This document shows, piece by piece, positions 38,532 through 48,627 of a stretch of 64,000 nucleotides of DNA. Made by a program: the position numbers and the translations under genes. The stretch covers positions 1-64,000 of the IMG/VR virus record IMGVR_UViG_3300009159_005817; one strand, 5' to 3'. The notes beneath the pieces were generated by a model, which saw nothing but the letters and a program-made list of their open reading frames with translations, was not told where the DNA came from and did not search any database. Numbering within the stretch: the stretch's first letter is position 1; each line of letters begins with the position of its first letter. The DNA comes from an uncultured virus (IMG/VR IMGVR_UViG_3300009159_005817). Lineage: Duplodnaviria; Heunggongvirae; Uroviricota; Caudoviricetes.

Positions 38532-39232
38532 TAGCATCTGTAATTGTTCCTATTTACAATACACCCATTGAATGGCTTAAACTTTCAATCGAATCGATAA
38601 AAGCACAGACATATAAAGATCTGCAAATTTTACTTATTGATGATTGTTCAACCGATCTTGAAGTACAAAAAGCCTGTCAAGAGCTAGAGGATTCTGATAA
38701 TAGAATTGAATACTATAGATTAGAAGAAAATCGAGGTATTGCCGGTGCACTTAATGTAGGTTTGCATTATTCGAAATCTGAATGGGTTTTTAGAATGGAT
38801 GCCGATGATATTATGTTACCAGGAAGAATTCAATTACAAATGGATTATCTTAAAGAAAATCCAACCGTTGATATTCTTGGTGGTGGTCTTTTTTATCTAA
38901 TTAAAAATGAAGATACTTGGAATTATGATCCTAATCCAATAATTCATCCTAATATAATTACTCGTGAAATTGGTAAAAACTCTCATTGGTTTATTAATCA
39001 TCCAACAGTAGTTTACAGAAAATCTAAGATTCGAGAAATTGGTGGTTACGATGAATCTTTACGAGGTCTTCCTGAAGATTATGAACTTTGGTGTCGTTCT
39101 TTACGTAATGGATTGACCATACATAACATTGCTCTTCCTTTAATATTTCTAAGACTTTCGCCAAAATCACTTTCTCAAAATTTCGATTCTAGAGTACTTG
39201 ATTTTCTAAATCAAAACCAGAAAACCCTATGA
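38528..39232 (+). CDS. GT2 glycosyltransferase
   Basis: SVIVPIYN, IDDCSTD, RMDADD, EDYELW. Confidence 0.9.
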   Translation: MIASVIVPIYNTPIEWLKLSIESIKAQTYKDLQILLIDDCSTDLEVQKACQELEDSDNRIEYYRLEENRGIAGALNVGLHYSKSEWVFRMDADDIMLPGRIQLQMDYLKENPTVDILGGGLFYLIKNEDTWNYDPNPIIHPNIITREIGKNSHWFINHPTVVYRKSKIREIGGYDESLRGLPEDYELWCRSLRNGLTIHNIALPLIFLRLSPKSLSQNFDSRVLDFLNQNQKTL

Positions 39233-40002
39233 TAACTACTGCATTAATAGGTGGACTTGGAAATTACATGTTCCAAATTGCCACAGCTCATTCTATCGCT
39301 AAAGATGTAAGAACTGATGCCTTTTTTGATTTAAGTAGAACCGGCCAATCACAAAGACACATCAATTATTATTTAGATAATATCTTCAAAAATGTAAAGT
39401 TCGGAACCCCAATCCCGAAATACTTATATAACGAGAAAAAATTCAGTTTTGATACGATCCCAGCAGTAGATGATTTATATTTAAGCGGATATTTTCAAAG
39501 TGAAAAGTATTTTGAAAAATACGCTAAAGAAATACGAGATCTATTTAGATGCAAAGAAACTGAAATTAAATTAAGGGAACATATCTCACAAATCGATTTT
39601 ACTTGCTCAATACATGTTAGACGAGGAGATTATCTTCAATATCCGAATAAACACAATCAATCACCTGCAGATTATTATAAAACAGCAATTCAATTAGTAA
39701 AAGATCAATTTCCTAATTATGAAGTAACTTTTCTGGTATTCTCTGATGATATACAATGGTGTAAAAATCATTTCATTGGAATGGAATATATGTTCATTGA
39801 AGGATTCGAAGATTGGGAAGACATGATACTCATGTCTTTATGTGATGCTAATATTATAACAAATTCCACCTTTTCTTGGTGGGCAGCTTGGTTAGGTGAA
39901 ACTCCTAATAAGCTAATCATTGCACCAGAAAAATGGTTTGGTTCAGAAGGACCACAAGATCAACAAGATATTATACCTGAACGATGGATAAAATTAAGAT
40001 AA
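39229..40002 (+). CDS. GT11 alpha-1,2-fucosyl/colitosyltransferase
   Basis: GGLGNYMFQ, GYFQSEKYF, IHVRRGDY, FSDD, NSTFSWWAAWL. Confidence 0.9.
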   Translation: MITTALIGGLGNYMFQIATAHSIAKDVRTDAFFDLSRTGQSQRHINYYLDNIFKNVKFGTPIPKYLYNEKKFSFDTIPAVDDLYLSGYFQSEKYFEKYAKEIRDLFRCKETEIKLREHISQIDFTCSIHVRRGDYLQYPNKHNQSPADYYKTAIQLVKDQFPNYEVTFLVFSDDIQWCKNHFIGMEYMFIEGFEDWEDMILMSLCDANIITNSTFSWWAAWLGETPNKLIIAPEKWFGSEGPQDQQDIIPERWIKLR

Positions 40003-40814
40003 GAGATTATGCCTTTGCTCATGCAAAGTACAGTACAGATTTTCAAAACTCTCAATTTATTGAATGGGATAGAGGACCTATAACTGCTGAAGACAAAGTG
40101 GTATTCTATACTGACAATTCATTAGAATTAGTTCACCGAGAATCTTCGCAAAATGCACATTGTAAAAAGATTGCATGGTTGCTAGAACCGGTGGATGTAT
40201 GTCCTCATTCATACGATTTCATCCGAATAACTCGTTATTTTGATTTAGTTCTTTCGCATAACATAGATTTCGTAAATGAAATGCAAAATCGAGGAGTTGA
40301 AGCATTATGGGTACCATTTGGTGGTTGTTGGATAAAACCAGAAGATCAACGAATATATGATAAACATGGAATGACTTCAATCATTGCATCAGATAAACAA
40401 ATGACGGTTGGTCATCGTTTACGACACTCAGTCATTGCAGCAACTAGAGATAAACTAACTGTTCGAGGAAGAGGCTATACGCCTGTTGATTATAAGCTCG
40501 ATTTACTCAAAGATTTTAGATTCCATGTAGTTATTGAAAACGCTAATATTGCTGGTTGGTTTACTGAAAAGCTAATTGATTGCTTTAGAACAGGAACCGT
40601 TCCTATTTATTGGGGAAATCCTCTGATCGAAGAAATTTTTGATCGTGAAGGAATGATACTTTGCTACAATGAACAACAAATTATTGATGCAATAAATTCT
40701 GTTACTCTAGAAAAATATGATACGATGAAAGAGGCAATACAACGAAATTTCGAAATTGCACAAACCTACCTAATTGCCGAAGATTATATCTATAAAAATA
40801 TTCTCAATAAATGA
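39984..40814 (+). CDS. GT10-like (alpha-1,3-fucosyltransferase-like) glycosyltransferase
   Basis: FRFHVVIEN, WFTEKLIDCF..GTVPIYWG. Confidence 0.8.
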   Translation: MDKIKIRDYAFAHAKYSTDFQNSQFIEWDRGPITAEDKVVFYTDNSLELVHRESSQNAHCKKIAWLLEPVDVCPHSYDFIRITRYFDLVLSHNIDFVNEMQNRGVEALWVPFGGCWIKPEDQRIYDKHGMTSIIASDKQMTVGHRLRHSVIAATRDKLTVRGRGYTPVDYKLDLLKDFRFHVVIENANIAGWFTEKLIDCFRTGTVPIYWGNPLIEEIFDREGMILCYNEQQIIDAINSVTLEKYDTMKEAIQRNFEIAQTYLIAEDYIYKNILNK

Positions 40815-41737
40815 AACAAAAAATTCTAATAACTGGATCTAATGGAATGGTTGGTAAAGACCTTATTAGATTAATAGAAGACGAAGGGTTATACTCAGTA
40901 ATAGGAGTTCCTTCTAAAGTATATGATCTTAGAGATTCTCAAGAAGTATTTGGTTTATTGAGACTCAATAAACCGGATATTGTAGTTCATTTAGCTGCAA
41001 AAGTCGGAGGAATTGTAGATAACATAGAAAAACCTGCAGAATACACAGAAGATAATTTACTAATGAATACGAACATCGTATCAGCTTCTCGTAATTTTGG
41101 AGTAAAAAGATTAATTGGAATTCTTTCAACTTGTGCATATCCTGATAAAGTTGAAATTTATCCCATGACAGAAGAACAACTTCATGATGGTCCACCGGCA
41201 CCAACTAATTTTGGTTATGGTATATCTAAACGTTGTATGGCATCTCATATAGATGCAATCAATAAACAATATGGATTGGAATATCAATATCTAATTCCCT
41301 GCAATTTATATGGAGAACACGATAAATTTGATAATCAAAGAGCACATTTCATATCAGCTCTAATCAAAAAGATATTAGATGCTAAAGAACAAAATGCAGA
41401 AGAAGTAACCCTATTTGGTGATGGAACTCCTCTTCGTCAATTTATGCATTCTAGAGATTTAGCTAACATCATATATGAATGTATCAAAAATGATATAACC
41501 GAATCAATGAATGTGGCAACTGAAGATAATTTATCTATTGATGAAATGGCACATATTGCTAGAACTTCTTTAGGTGCCGATCATATAAAAATAAAATACG
41601 ATATCACCAAACCAAATGGTCAATTTCGTAAAGATGTTTCAATACAAAAATTACGTAAACATTTCCCTGACTTTAAGTTCACTACTTTAAGCGAAGGAAT
41701 CAAACAAATATATCAAACTTATGCAAAAAGCAATTAA
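40811..41737 (+). CDS. fcl: GDP-L-fucose synthase family epimerase/reductase (Fcl/ColC-like)
   Basis: ITGSNGMVG, HLAAKVGGI, STCAYP, YGISK, PCNLYG, GDGTPLRQF. Confidence 0.9.
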   Translation: MKQKILITGSNGMVGKDLIRLIEDEGLYSVIGVPSKVYDLRDSQEVFGLLRLNKPDIVVHLAAKVGGIVDNIEKPAEYTEDNLLMNTNIVSASRNFGVKRLIGILSTCAYPDKVEIYPMTEEQLHDGPPAPTNFGYGISKRCMASHIDAINKQYGLEYQYLIPCNLYGEHDKFDNQRAHFISALIKKILDAKEQNAEEVTLFGDGTPLRQFMHSRDLANIIYECIKNDITESMNVATEDNLSIDEMAHIARTSLGADHIKIKYDITKPNGQFRKDVSIQKLRKHFPDFKFTTLSEGIKQIYQTYAKSN

Positions 41738-42899
41738 GTTAGTATCCGACACAATTGATAAGAAAGATCTAAAGGCTCTATCTGATTGGATGTTACACTC
41801 AGAAACTCCACAATTAACAAAAGGTCCTTTAACAATTGAATTTGAAAAGAATTGGTCAGAATGGTTAGGTGTAAAACATACGACTTTCGTAAACTCCGGT
41901 TCATCTGCAATTCTTTTGGCGCTTGCCGCATTAAAAGAAACAAATCGTTTAAGAAACGAAAAAGTCGTAGTTCCTGCATTGAGTTGGGTAACCGATGTTA
42001 GTTCTGTTATGCAATTAGGAATGACTCCTATTTTATGTGATTGTAATAATGAAGATCTTTCATTAGATCTCGATGATTTAGAGAAGATATTTATTGAAGC
42101 AAATCCTTCAGTAATGATTTTAGTTTCCGTTCTTGGTCTAGTACCAGATATGAATAATGTTGTTAAGCTTTGTAAAAAATATGGAGTTTATCTTATTGAA
42201 GATGTATGTGAAAGTATGGGATCTTCTTATAATGGAAATAAACTAGGAACCTTTGGTGACATATCTTTATTTTCACTTTACTATGGACATCATATTTCAA
42301 CTATTGAAGGTGGTTTAATTTGTACTAATAACGAAGAGCTAAATACCATAATTCGATCAATGAGATCTCATGGTTGGGATCGCGATTGGAACGATAAAAC
42401 CAAACGAGAATATAGAGATCTATATGATATATCAGAATTTGATTCAATGTATACATTCTATTATCCAGGGTATAATCTCAGATCTACTGATTTACAAGCC
42501 TTCATTGGTTTACGCCAAATAGGAAAGATCGACGAATTTGCTAAACTTCGTTCGTATAATTTCACGATCTATCAAGAACTTTTATCAGAATACAATGAAT
42601 TAGATATTGAATATCGAGAAAATACATTTATTTCTAATTTTGCATATCCTATGGTACATGCAAATCGAGAAAAAATTATTACTGCTCTTCGAGAAAAAAA
42701 TATTGAAGTTCGACCTTTAATTGCCGGAAATATGGCAAACAAACCATTTTGGAAAATGAAATATGGTGATCGAGATGATTACTTCTTCAATTGTGTTGAC
42801 ATTGATAAATGTGGATTCTATCTACCAAATCATCAAGGTTTAATCCGGGAAGACATTGAATTCATATGTTCAATAATTATCAAACATGCAAAATCTTAA
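41721..42899 (+). CDS. colD: GDP-4-keto-6-deoxymannose 3-dehydratase (ColD-like, DegT fold)
   Basis: VNSGSSA, EDVCESMG, FSLYYGHHISTIEGG (His in place of the PLP Lys), RSHGW.R, GYNLR, RPLIAGN. Confidence 0.8.
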   Translation: MQKAIKLVSDTIDKKDLKALSDWMLHSETPQLTKGPLTIEFEKNWSEWLGVKHTTFVNSGSSAILLALAALKETNRLRNEKVVVPALSWVTDVSSVMQLGMTPILCDCNNEDLSLDLDDLEKIFIEANPSVMILVSVLGLVPDMNNVVKLCKKYGVYLIEDVCESMGSSYNGNKLGTFGDISLFSLYYGHHISTIEGGLICTNNEELNTIIRSMRSHGWDRDWNDKTKREYRDLYDISEFDSMYTFYYPGYNLRSTDLQAFIGLRQIGKIDEFAKLRSYNFTIYQELLSEYNELDIEYRENTFISNFAYPMVHANREKIITALREKNIEVRPLIAGNMANKPFWKMKYGDRDDYFFNCVDIDKCGFYLPNHQGLIREDIEFICSIIIKHAKS

Positions 42900-42938
42900 T
42901 ATTAAAACAATCATATAAAATAAAACAAACAAATTAAA

Positions 42939-43454
42939 ATGAAAGTAGTTAAAGCAAACGACGTTCCTACTCAGGAACAAACAAAAACAGGTGCAATTAA
43001 TGAAGTATTAGTTGCTCAATTGGTGGAAAAATTTGATAACATGAAAATGTTAGTAGATACTAAAAAGTACTCTATTCTTTTAGATGAAAATCAAACAAAT
43101 GCATTGATGAACGAATTCTATCCAGCATTTCAATGGAAAGGTTACGAATCTTATGCAGTGGCAGAAACCTATAATCAATTAAGTGAAATGGTTAAAGATA
43201 ACAAAATCGATTCAGGTGCTGATGCTCCTATTATTGAAGCTATCTTTCACTTCTTAAAAAATTATATTGGAACTGGTGTTGATTCTGCTACTAAATTCCG
43301 TTCAATTTGCGATCAATTTGCATTACCTATGCAAGACATCAATACTGATCGTCAAACATTGAAAGATGTTGCTCTAGAATTAACTGCAGCGGAAAAAGGA
43401 ATTACCGTAGAATCATTAGTAAATTCATTCGATCCAGAAAAACGAAATATATAA
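42939..43454 (+). CDS. Hypothetical protein
   Basis: Long ORF. Confidence 0.65.
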   Translation: MKVVKANDVPTQEQTKTGAINEVLVAQLVEKFDNMKMLVDTKKYSILLDENQTNALMNEFYPAFQWKGYESYAVAETYNQLSEMVKDNKIDSGADAPIIEAIFHFLKNYIGTGVDSATKFRSICDQFALPMQDINTDRQTLKDVALELTAAEKGITVESLVNSFDPEKRNI

Positions 43455-43470
43455 TAGAAAGAAACTCCTA

Positions 43471-43710
43471 ATGTTCAAGAAATTCTTTCAATTTATAAGT
43501 GAAGGCAAAAAACCAAAACCGCATGAGATCCAACAAGCTGACCCTCAAAGTCCTCCTGTAGATCCATCAATAGTAACTAAATGCCCTAAGTGTGGAAGTA
43601 CTGGTATGATTTGCGATTGCTATACTGATGATTATTATAATGCAAAGCTGCCTCAACAGGCACCAAGACCTAATAAAAAAGTAAAACCTAAAACGAAAAA
43701 AGATGAATAA
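43471..43710 (+). CDS. Small Cys/Pro-rich protein with capsid-targeting-like leader
   Basis: MFKKFFQFISE; CPKC...CDC. Confidence 0.55.
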   Translation: MFKKFFQFISEGKKPKPHEIQQADPQSPPVDPSIVTKCPKCGSTGMICDCYTDDYYNAKLPQQAPRPNKKVKPKTKKDE

Positions 43711-43993
43711 ATTCGAACAATTCATAGAGAAACATTTTAACAAATTAGCTTTATTTTTGTTGATTGTTACTTTCCTAAATACATGCGGAAACCCAAACAA
43801 AGTTACAAACAAACGTTTAGATGCTTTAACAACTAAGATTGATTCTTTACAATCAATTACTGTTAATATAAAAGATCTTCAAATCGAAGGACTTAAAGCC
43901 GAAAAACGAATGATACAATCAACCGATCGTAAAATGTTAGACGTTAGTCGTCAAACAGAAATCGATAAAGAGATTGAAAAACTTTCCAAGTAA
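43703..43993 (+). CDS. Membrane-anchored or lipoprotein-like coiled-coil protein
   Basis: Hydrophobic segment ending NTC, then heptads. Confidence 0.55.
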   Translation: MNKFEQFIEKHFNKLALFLLIVTFLNTCGNPNKVTNKRLDALTTKIDSLQSITVNIKDLQIEGLKAEKRMIQSTDRKMLDVSRQTEIDKEIEKLSK

Positions 43994-43997
43994 TATA

Positions 43998-44062
43998 TAA
44001 AAGAACCGAGCAATCGGTTCCTTTTTTGTTAATAATTAGGAGATCTAAATGATCTCCTTTTT
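43998..44062 (+). terminator. Tandem intrinsic terminator-like hairpins
   Basis: GAACCGA-GCAA-TCGGTTC+CTTTTTT and AGGAGATC-TAAAT-GATCTCCT+TTTT. Confidence 0.75.
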
Positions 44063-44085
44063 GCATATAAATAATATACATAAAA

Positions 44086-44463
44086 ATGAAAGTTACCAAA
44101 AGCATTAAATTAGAAGATTATCTTTTCCTTGAAATCGAAAGAATTATCAATGAAGATAATTCTATAGAAAAACACTTTTACTTAAAAGATGACGAAAATA
44201 AAATTCGTCAGAAATTAGCAGTATTAAGCGATCTAAGATGGTCATCTCATAATCCAATGGCATTGGATAAATTTTTTAAAATATCAAAACAATATAAGGT
44301 GCCTATAACAAATAACATCAATAAAGGATTGGATTTCGAACATGAAATAAGTATTCAAAAGAGATTTAATTGTTTCAGCCGAACATTCAAAATTAGAGTA
44401 ACTAGATTAACCAATCAAACAGCCAGAAATACAAGAAATGCAATACAGAATATACTTGGATGA
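44086..44463 (+). CDS. Hypothetical protein
   Basis: ORF after terminators. Confidence 0.55.
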   Translation: MKVTKSIKLEDYLFLEIERIINEDNSIEKHFYLKDDENKIRQKLAVLSDLRWSSHNPMALDKFFKISKQYKVPITNNINKGLDFEHEISIQKRFNCFSRTFKIRVTRLTNQTARNTRNAIQNILG

Positions 44464-44911
44464 TGTAAGAACTCCAGTCGATAAAGACTCTTGGGTGATT
44501 GTTAGAAATTATGAAAAATTCATAGCTAAAGTTAGCGAATTAGGATTGAAGAACATTTCAACAATCTCATTAGATCATGATTTAGGCGATGGAGCTATGA
44601 GTGAATACTTCAATAATGTATCACCAAATTATAAGTTAGATTATAACAACATCAATGAAAAAACAGGAATGGATTGTACTAAATGGTTGATTAATCATTT
44701 TTACGAAATCAATCCTAAGAGAACGGAAATGACACGTTTTGATAGAAAATCTGTTCCATTAATATTTCCTACCGTATATGTACATTCTGCAAATCCAATT
44801 GGAAGCGCTAATATGATGGGATATATCAATAACTTCTTAATGAATGAAGGTGCTCCTCAAACATGTGTTAGAGTTCGTATCGATCATACTATGGAAACTA
44901 TCATCGAATAA
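44438..44911 (+). CDS. Cyclic-phosphate-processing receiver-domain-like protein
   Basis: IYLDDVRTP, ISLDHDLG, TGMD, VHSANPIG. Confidence 0.75.
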   Translation: MQYRIYLDDVRTPVDKDSWVIVRNYEKFIAKVSELGLKNISTISLDHDLGDGAMSEYFNNVSPNYKLDYNNINEKTGMDCTKWLINHFYEINPKRTEMTRFDRKSVPLIFPTVYVHSANPIGSANMMGYINNFLMNEGAPQTCVRVRIDHTMETIIE

Positions 44912-44934
44912 ATAAAGAAAATATACTTACGTCA

Positions 44935-45732
44935 ATGAACAAACGCGACAACATAATTAAATGGACAATCATTGGAATCTTTGTTGGCTTATATGCCATG
45001 GTTTCAGCTATCTCCACTATTCACGTTATCGATTTCTTTCGTTTAAGTAATCCAAATTGGTTGGCAATTACTTTAGCGATTGCATTCGAGATTGGTGCTG
45101 CTGCATCGTTAGGTGCTATCGTAATCCTAGATAAAACTTCTCGTTTTATGGTTTGGATGTTATTCTTAATTATAACTGCAATGCAGATGATGGGAAATAT
45201 GTATTATGCATATACTCATTTAACCGAATATCAATCTTGGTCTGAGCTATTTGGATTGATTGAAGACGAACCCATTTATCAAAAACGAATACTTTCATTA
45301 ATTTCTGGTGCAATTTTACCTTTAGTTGCACTTGGATTTATCAAATCCCTAGTTGATTATATTAGACCTTCAAAAGAACAACATTTAACCGATAAAGAAA
45401 TACAGAAAGAGGCTATCATAAAGACGATGAAATCTGACGAGAAATCTAATATATATGATACTCCTGAAGTAAAAGAAAAAATGTTAGCCGATTTATTTAC
45501 AAAAGATGAGGTTATTGAAGAAGACGTTCAAGTTAGTCCTAGCATCGAATCCGAAGAAAATCCTCATAATATCACAATAGAATCGGTAGAGAATAAAGAA
45601 GAATGGCCACCAAAAGAAGAAATTCAATTCTATAAAGGACCTACTGCTAGCGAATCGTCAACTTTACCTAAAGAACCACAAACTGTTAATACTATAGAAG
45701 AGCTAAGACACTTCAATAAGATGCATGCATAA
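44935..45732 (+). CDS. Multi-pass membrane protein with acidic C-terminal tail
   Basis: Four hydrophobic helices. Confidence 0.7.
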   Translation: MNKRDNIIKWTIIGIFVGLYAMVSAISTIHVIDFFRLSNPNWLAITLAIAFEIGAAASLGAIVILDKTSRFMVWMLFLIITAMQMMGNMYYAYTHLTEYQSWSELFGLIEDEPIYQKRILSLISGAILPLVALGFIKSLVDYIRPSKEQHLTDKEIQKEAIIKTMKSDEKSNIYDTPEVKEKMLADLFTKDEVIEEDVQVSPSIESEENPHNITIESVENKEEWPPKEEIQFYKGPTASESSTLPKEPQTVNTIEELRHFNKMHA

Positions 45733-45766
45733 TCAATGAGATAAATATAAAAACATCTCATTTTAA

Positions 45767-46309
45767 ATGGACATAGTATCATCGGGTAGTAGTATCAATG
45801 GAATTTCTCAATTTGGAACGGCATTTATGGACTTGCAAGAGAATTTCTGTTGCTGGGACACGGATAACCGACATATCATTCGTTGGATTGGTTGTAATCC
45901 ATCTATTTACAAAAACAACAAAAATGTATTTTCTGCAGCCGATTTAGCATTCTGTAATTGGTATCAGGTAGTAGATTCTTATCAATTTACTATTGTAGAA
46001 ATGGCTCCTGAAGCATTAGTTGAGGTTGCTTTAAATTCAAAGTACTTAATGATGAAAGTTATATGGCCAACCGGAACTACTGGACCATTAGAATCTGCTA
46101 AAACTATAGAAGTTCAAATTAATGAACAGGCTGGTTATGTTGGTTCTACCGTACCTGTTAATATCGAATCTCCTAGTCCTGCTAGATATAACACATATGT
46201 TATGAAAGATGTATTTACTCTTAATTCAGAATCTCTTTTAACTAGCAATTTAATTCTAAACAATATATCTGCCTATACGGTAGATGTTGCAATATTATAC
46301 GCAAAATAA
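45767..46309 (+). CDS. Hypothetical protein (possibly virion structural)
   Basis: Beta-rich; preceded by GATAAATA. Confidence 0.55.
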   Translation: MDIVSSGSSINGISQFGTAFMDLQENFCCWDTDNRHIIRWIGCNPSIYKNNKNVFSAADLAFCNWYQVVDSYQFTIVEMAPEALVEVALNSKYLMMKVIWPTGTTGPLESAKTIEVQINEQAGYVGSTVPVNIESPSPARYNTYVMKDVFTLNSESLLTSNLILNNISAYTVDVAILYAK

Positions 46310-46319
46310 ATAAAAAACA

Positions 46320-46637
46320 ATGTCTATAGCAAGTAGAAATACATTAAAAACCGGATTTGTTGCAGGTACTGCAGCAACCGCAACTAAATTTGCAGATTTA
46401 ATCGATTCTGCATTTAACCGAAATGATGACTCTTTAGTATTAGGTCCAACCGGAATGACTGGTGTTTATGGTCTATTAGGTCCAACTGGTGGAACTTATA
46501 TGGGAATGTTCATCTCTCCATCTTACGCTGGATTTACTGGAGCTTCTGGAATGACTGGTCAAACTATTTTTGACGGTTATACCATGTATGTTTATAGTGG
46601 AGTAAATTGGGTAAAATTTGGTGGTACTTCAGTTTAA
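46320..46637 (+). CDS. Gly-rich hypothetical protein (possible fibre or virion accessory)
   Basis: FADLIDS motif, GPTG repeats, terminal YVYSGVNW. Confidence 0.55.
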   Translation: MSIASRNTLKTGFVAGTAATATKFADLIDSAFNRNDDSLVLGPTGMTGVYGLLGPTGGTYMGMFISPSYAGFTGASGMTGQTIFDGYTMYVYSGVNWVKFGGTSV

Positions 46638-46670
46638 GTAACTTCATATAATTACTAAAACCAATTATAT

Positions 46671-46931
46671 ATGTCACAAAAGAAAAGTGTTACTAATGCT
46701 GGTGAAGCTATCTCAGTATTAATTCAAACCGCAGAATTAGCTCAATCAAGAGGAATCTTATCGTTAGATGATGCATTCCTGGTAAAGCAATCAATTGATT
46801 TGCTTGATGCAATGGCTAAGGCTGCACAACGTATGGATGGACCAATTCCTCCAGGACATCCTGTTCCTGAAACGGCAATTCCTACATATGATGAAAATCA
46901 AGTTTTAAACGAAAGTGCAAAAACCAAATAA
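46671..46931 (+). CDS. Hypothetical protein
   Basis: ORF with CATATAAT upstream; AQSRGILSLDDA. Confidence 0.6.
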   Translation: MSQKKSVTNAGEAISVLIQTAELAQSRGILSLDDAFLVKQSIDLLDAMAKAAQRMDGPIPPGHPVPETAIPTYDENQVLNESAKTK

Positions 46932-47226
46932 AGAAAACCTGCTTACTCAAGGTGAATATAACCCAGGTACAGAAAATACTGATCTAGAAAAGATTCGTTT
47001 TTTTCGTTCTACTTGGAAAAATTTCTTCGACTACTGGAAGGCTAGAGGTGTAGAAACCGATCCTTATGAAGGTACAGAGATGGAATATCCTACTAAAAAA
47101 GTACAAGATAAACCAACTTTACCATATCAGGACTTTGGCACTTACGACAAATCTAGTAAAAATCAGAAGCTATCTGAAAGTTTCAATGATTTCCAAAAAG
47201 AAGAAGATAATTCAATCGAAGAGTAA
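46915..47226 (+). CDS. Hypothetical protein
   Basis: ORF in tandem array; GTG start. Confidence 0.5.
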   Translation: MQKPNKENLLTQGEYNPGTENTDLEKIRFFRSTWKNFFDYWKARGVETDPYEGTEMEYPTKKVQDKPTLPYQDFGTYDKSSKNQKLSESFNDFQKEEDNSIEE

Positions 47227-47243
47227 GTACATATAATTAATAT

Positions 47244-47471
47244 ATGTCATACCGAGAATTAATCCCAAATTCAAATTTTTCTAATCCTCTTAACGAATTA
47301 ATGTTTAAATTCATGGATCGTTTAGATATGGATGCTCGAGATCGAGAGATCTTCGAGGATTTGGCGTTATTCATTTATCATGAAGGTAAATTAAAAGGTG
47401 CAGAAGAGTACTTAAACGAAATAACTGAAATTAAATTAATAGATAATGGAGAAAACAAAACAGCCGATTAA
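47244..47471 (+). CDS. Hypothetical protein
   Basis: ORF with CATATAAT upstream. Confidence 0.55.
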   Translation: MSYRELIPNSNFSNPLNELMFKFMDRLDMDARDREIFEDLALFIYHEGKLKGAEEYLNEITEIKLIDNGENKTAD

Positions 47472-48627
47472 CGGCTTACCTACTATTGGATTGAGCATCA
47501 TTGTAAAAAATGAATCCAAAGTAATTGAAAGAATGCTCAATACCGTGCATCCTATACTTGATTACTATTGTGTAATTGATACTGGATCTACTGATGGAAC
47601 GCAAGATATTATTCGCAAATTCTTTGAAGAAAAAGGAATACCCGGTGAAGTAATCGAACATCAATGGGTTAATTTCCAAGATGCTCGTAATACGGCAATG
47701 AATGCCGTAAAAGGTAAAGTAGATTTTGGATTTTGGATAGATGCCGATGAACAATTAACATACGATCCAAGATTTAATTTAATGGCTTTGAAAATGAGTC
47801 TAGCTAAAATCGATGGTGGAAATGTAAAAGTAACTTATGGTGATCAGAATTATTACCGTATGCAATTCTTTCGAACTAATAAACCATGGTATTGGTATGG
47901 TCCAGTCCACGAGGTTCTTATTAGTGATGAACCACTAATATCAAATGAAGTTCCTGGTCTTGGTGTCCTAGTTACTCCTGATGGTAATTCATGGACTTCT
48001 GAATCGGTACAATCTAAATATGAAGGTCATGCTAAAATCCTAGAAGATTACGTAGCAAATGATCCCAAGAAAGATCCTCGTTGGTTATTCTATTTAGCTC
48101 AATCATATAGAGATGCTAATGGTGAAGAAAACCTAAAGAAATCTCTTGGATGGTATACTAAACGTGCTGAAACGCTTAGTGGATTTTGGGAAGAGGTTTA
48201 TTATTCAGGTTTAATGGCTGCAACTATTAAAGCTCAATTAAAACATCCAACATCAGAAATTATCGAAGATTATCTTAAGATAGGTAAAACTAATATCTTC
48301 CGTTGTGAACACCTAGTTCCCATCATTATGCATTATCAAGCAATAAAAGAATTTGATATTGCATACATATTCTCATCACATGCAATGAAATATGCCGGTA
48401 AGAATCCATTCCCTAAAGCAACTTTATTCATCGATAAAAACACTTACAATTGGAAGATTTTTGATCTTCATTGTTTAAGTTGTTTCTATTCTGGTCGTAA
48501 AGAAGAAGGCGAACAAGCATTTAGAAAATTGCTTAAAGCTAAAGAGAAAGGACTTATCCCACAAACGGAATTAGCTAGAATTGAACAAAACCGTCAATGG
48601 TTTATTAAAGCAAAAAATGGAAAGTAA
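47446..48627 (+). CDS. GT2 glycosyltransferase with TPR-like C-terminal helices
   Basis: IIVKNE, IDTGSTDGT, WIDADE, GPVHE, PRWLFYLAQSYRD. Confidence 0.9.
   Translation: MEKTKQPINGLPTIGLSIIVKNESKVIERMLNTVHPILDYYCVIDTGSTDGTQDIIRKFFEEKGIPGEVIEHQWVNFQDARNTAMNAVKGKVDFGFWIDADEQLTYDPRFNLMALKMSLAKIDGGNVKVTYGDQNYYRMQFFRTNKPWYWYGPVHEVLISDEPLISNEVPGLGVLVTPDGNSWTSESVQSKYEGHAKILEDYVANDPKKDPRWLFYLAQSYRDANGEENLKKSLGWYTKRAETLSGFWEEVYYSGLMAATIKAQLKHPTSEIIEDYLKIGKTNIFRCEHLVPIIMHYQAIKEFDIAYIFSSHAMKYAGKNPFPKATLFIDKNTYNWKIFDLHCLSCFYSGRKEEGEQAFRKLLKAKEKGLIPQTELARIEQNRQWFIKAKNGK

Noticed and set aside
43703..43993. MNKFEQFIE start as another capsid-targeting leader
   Set aside because: It is immediately followed by a hydrophobic membrane or lipoprotein signal, so the match is probably coincidental
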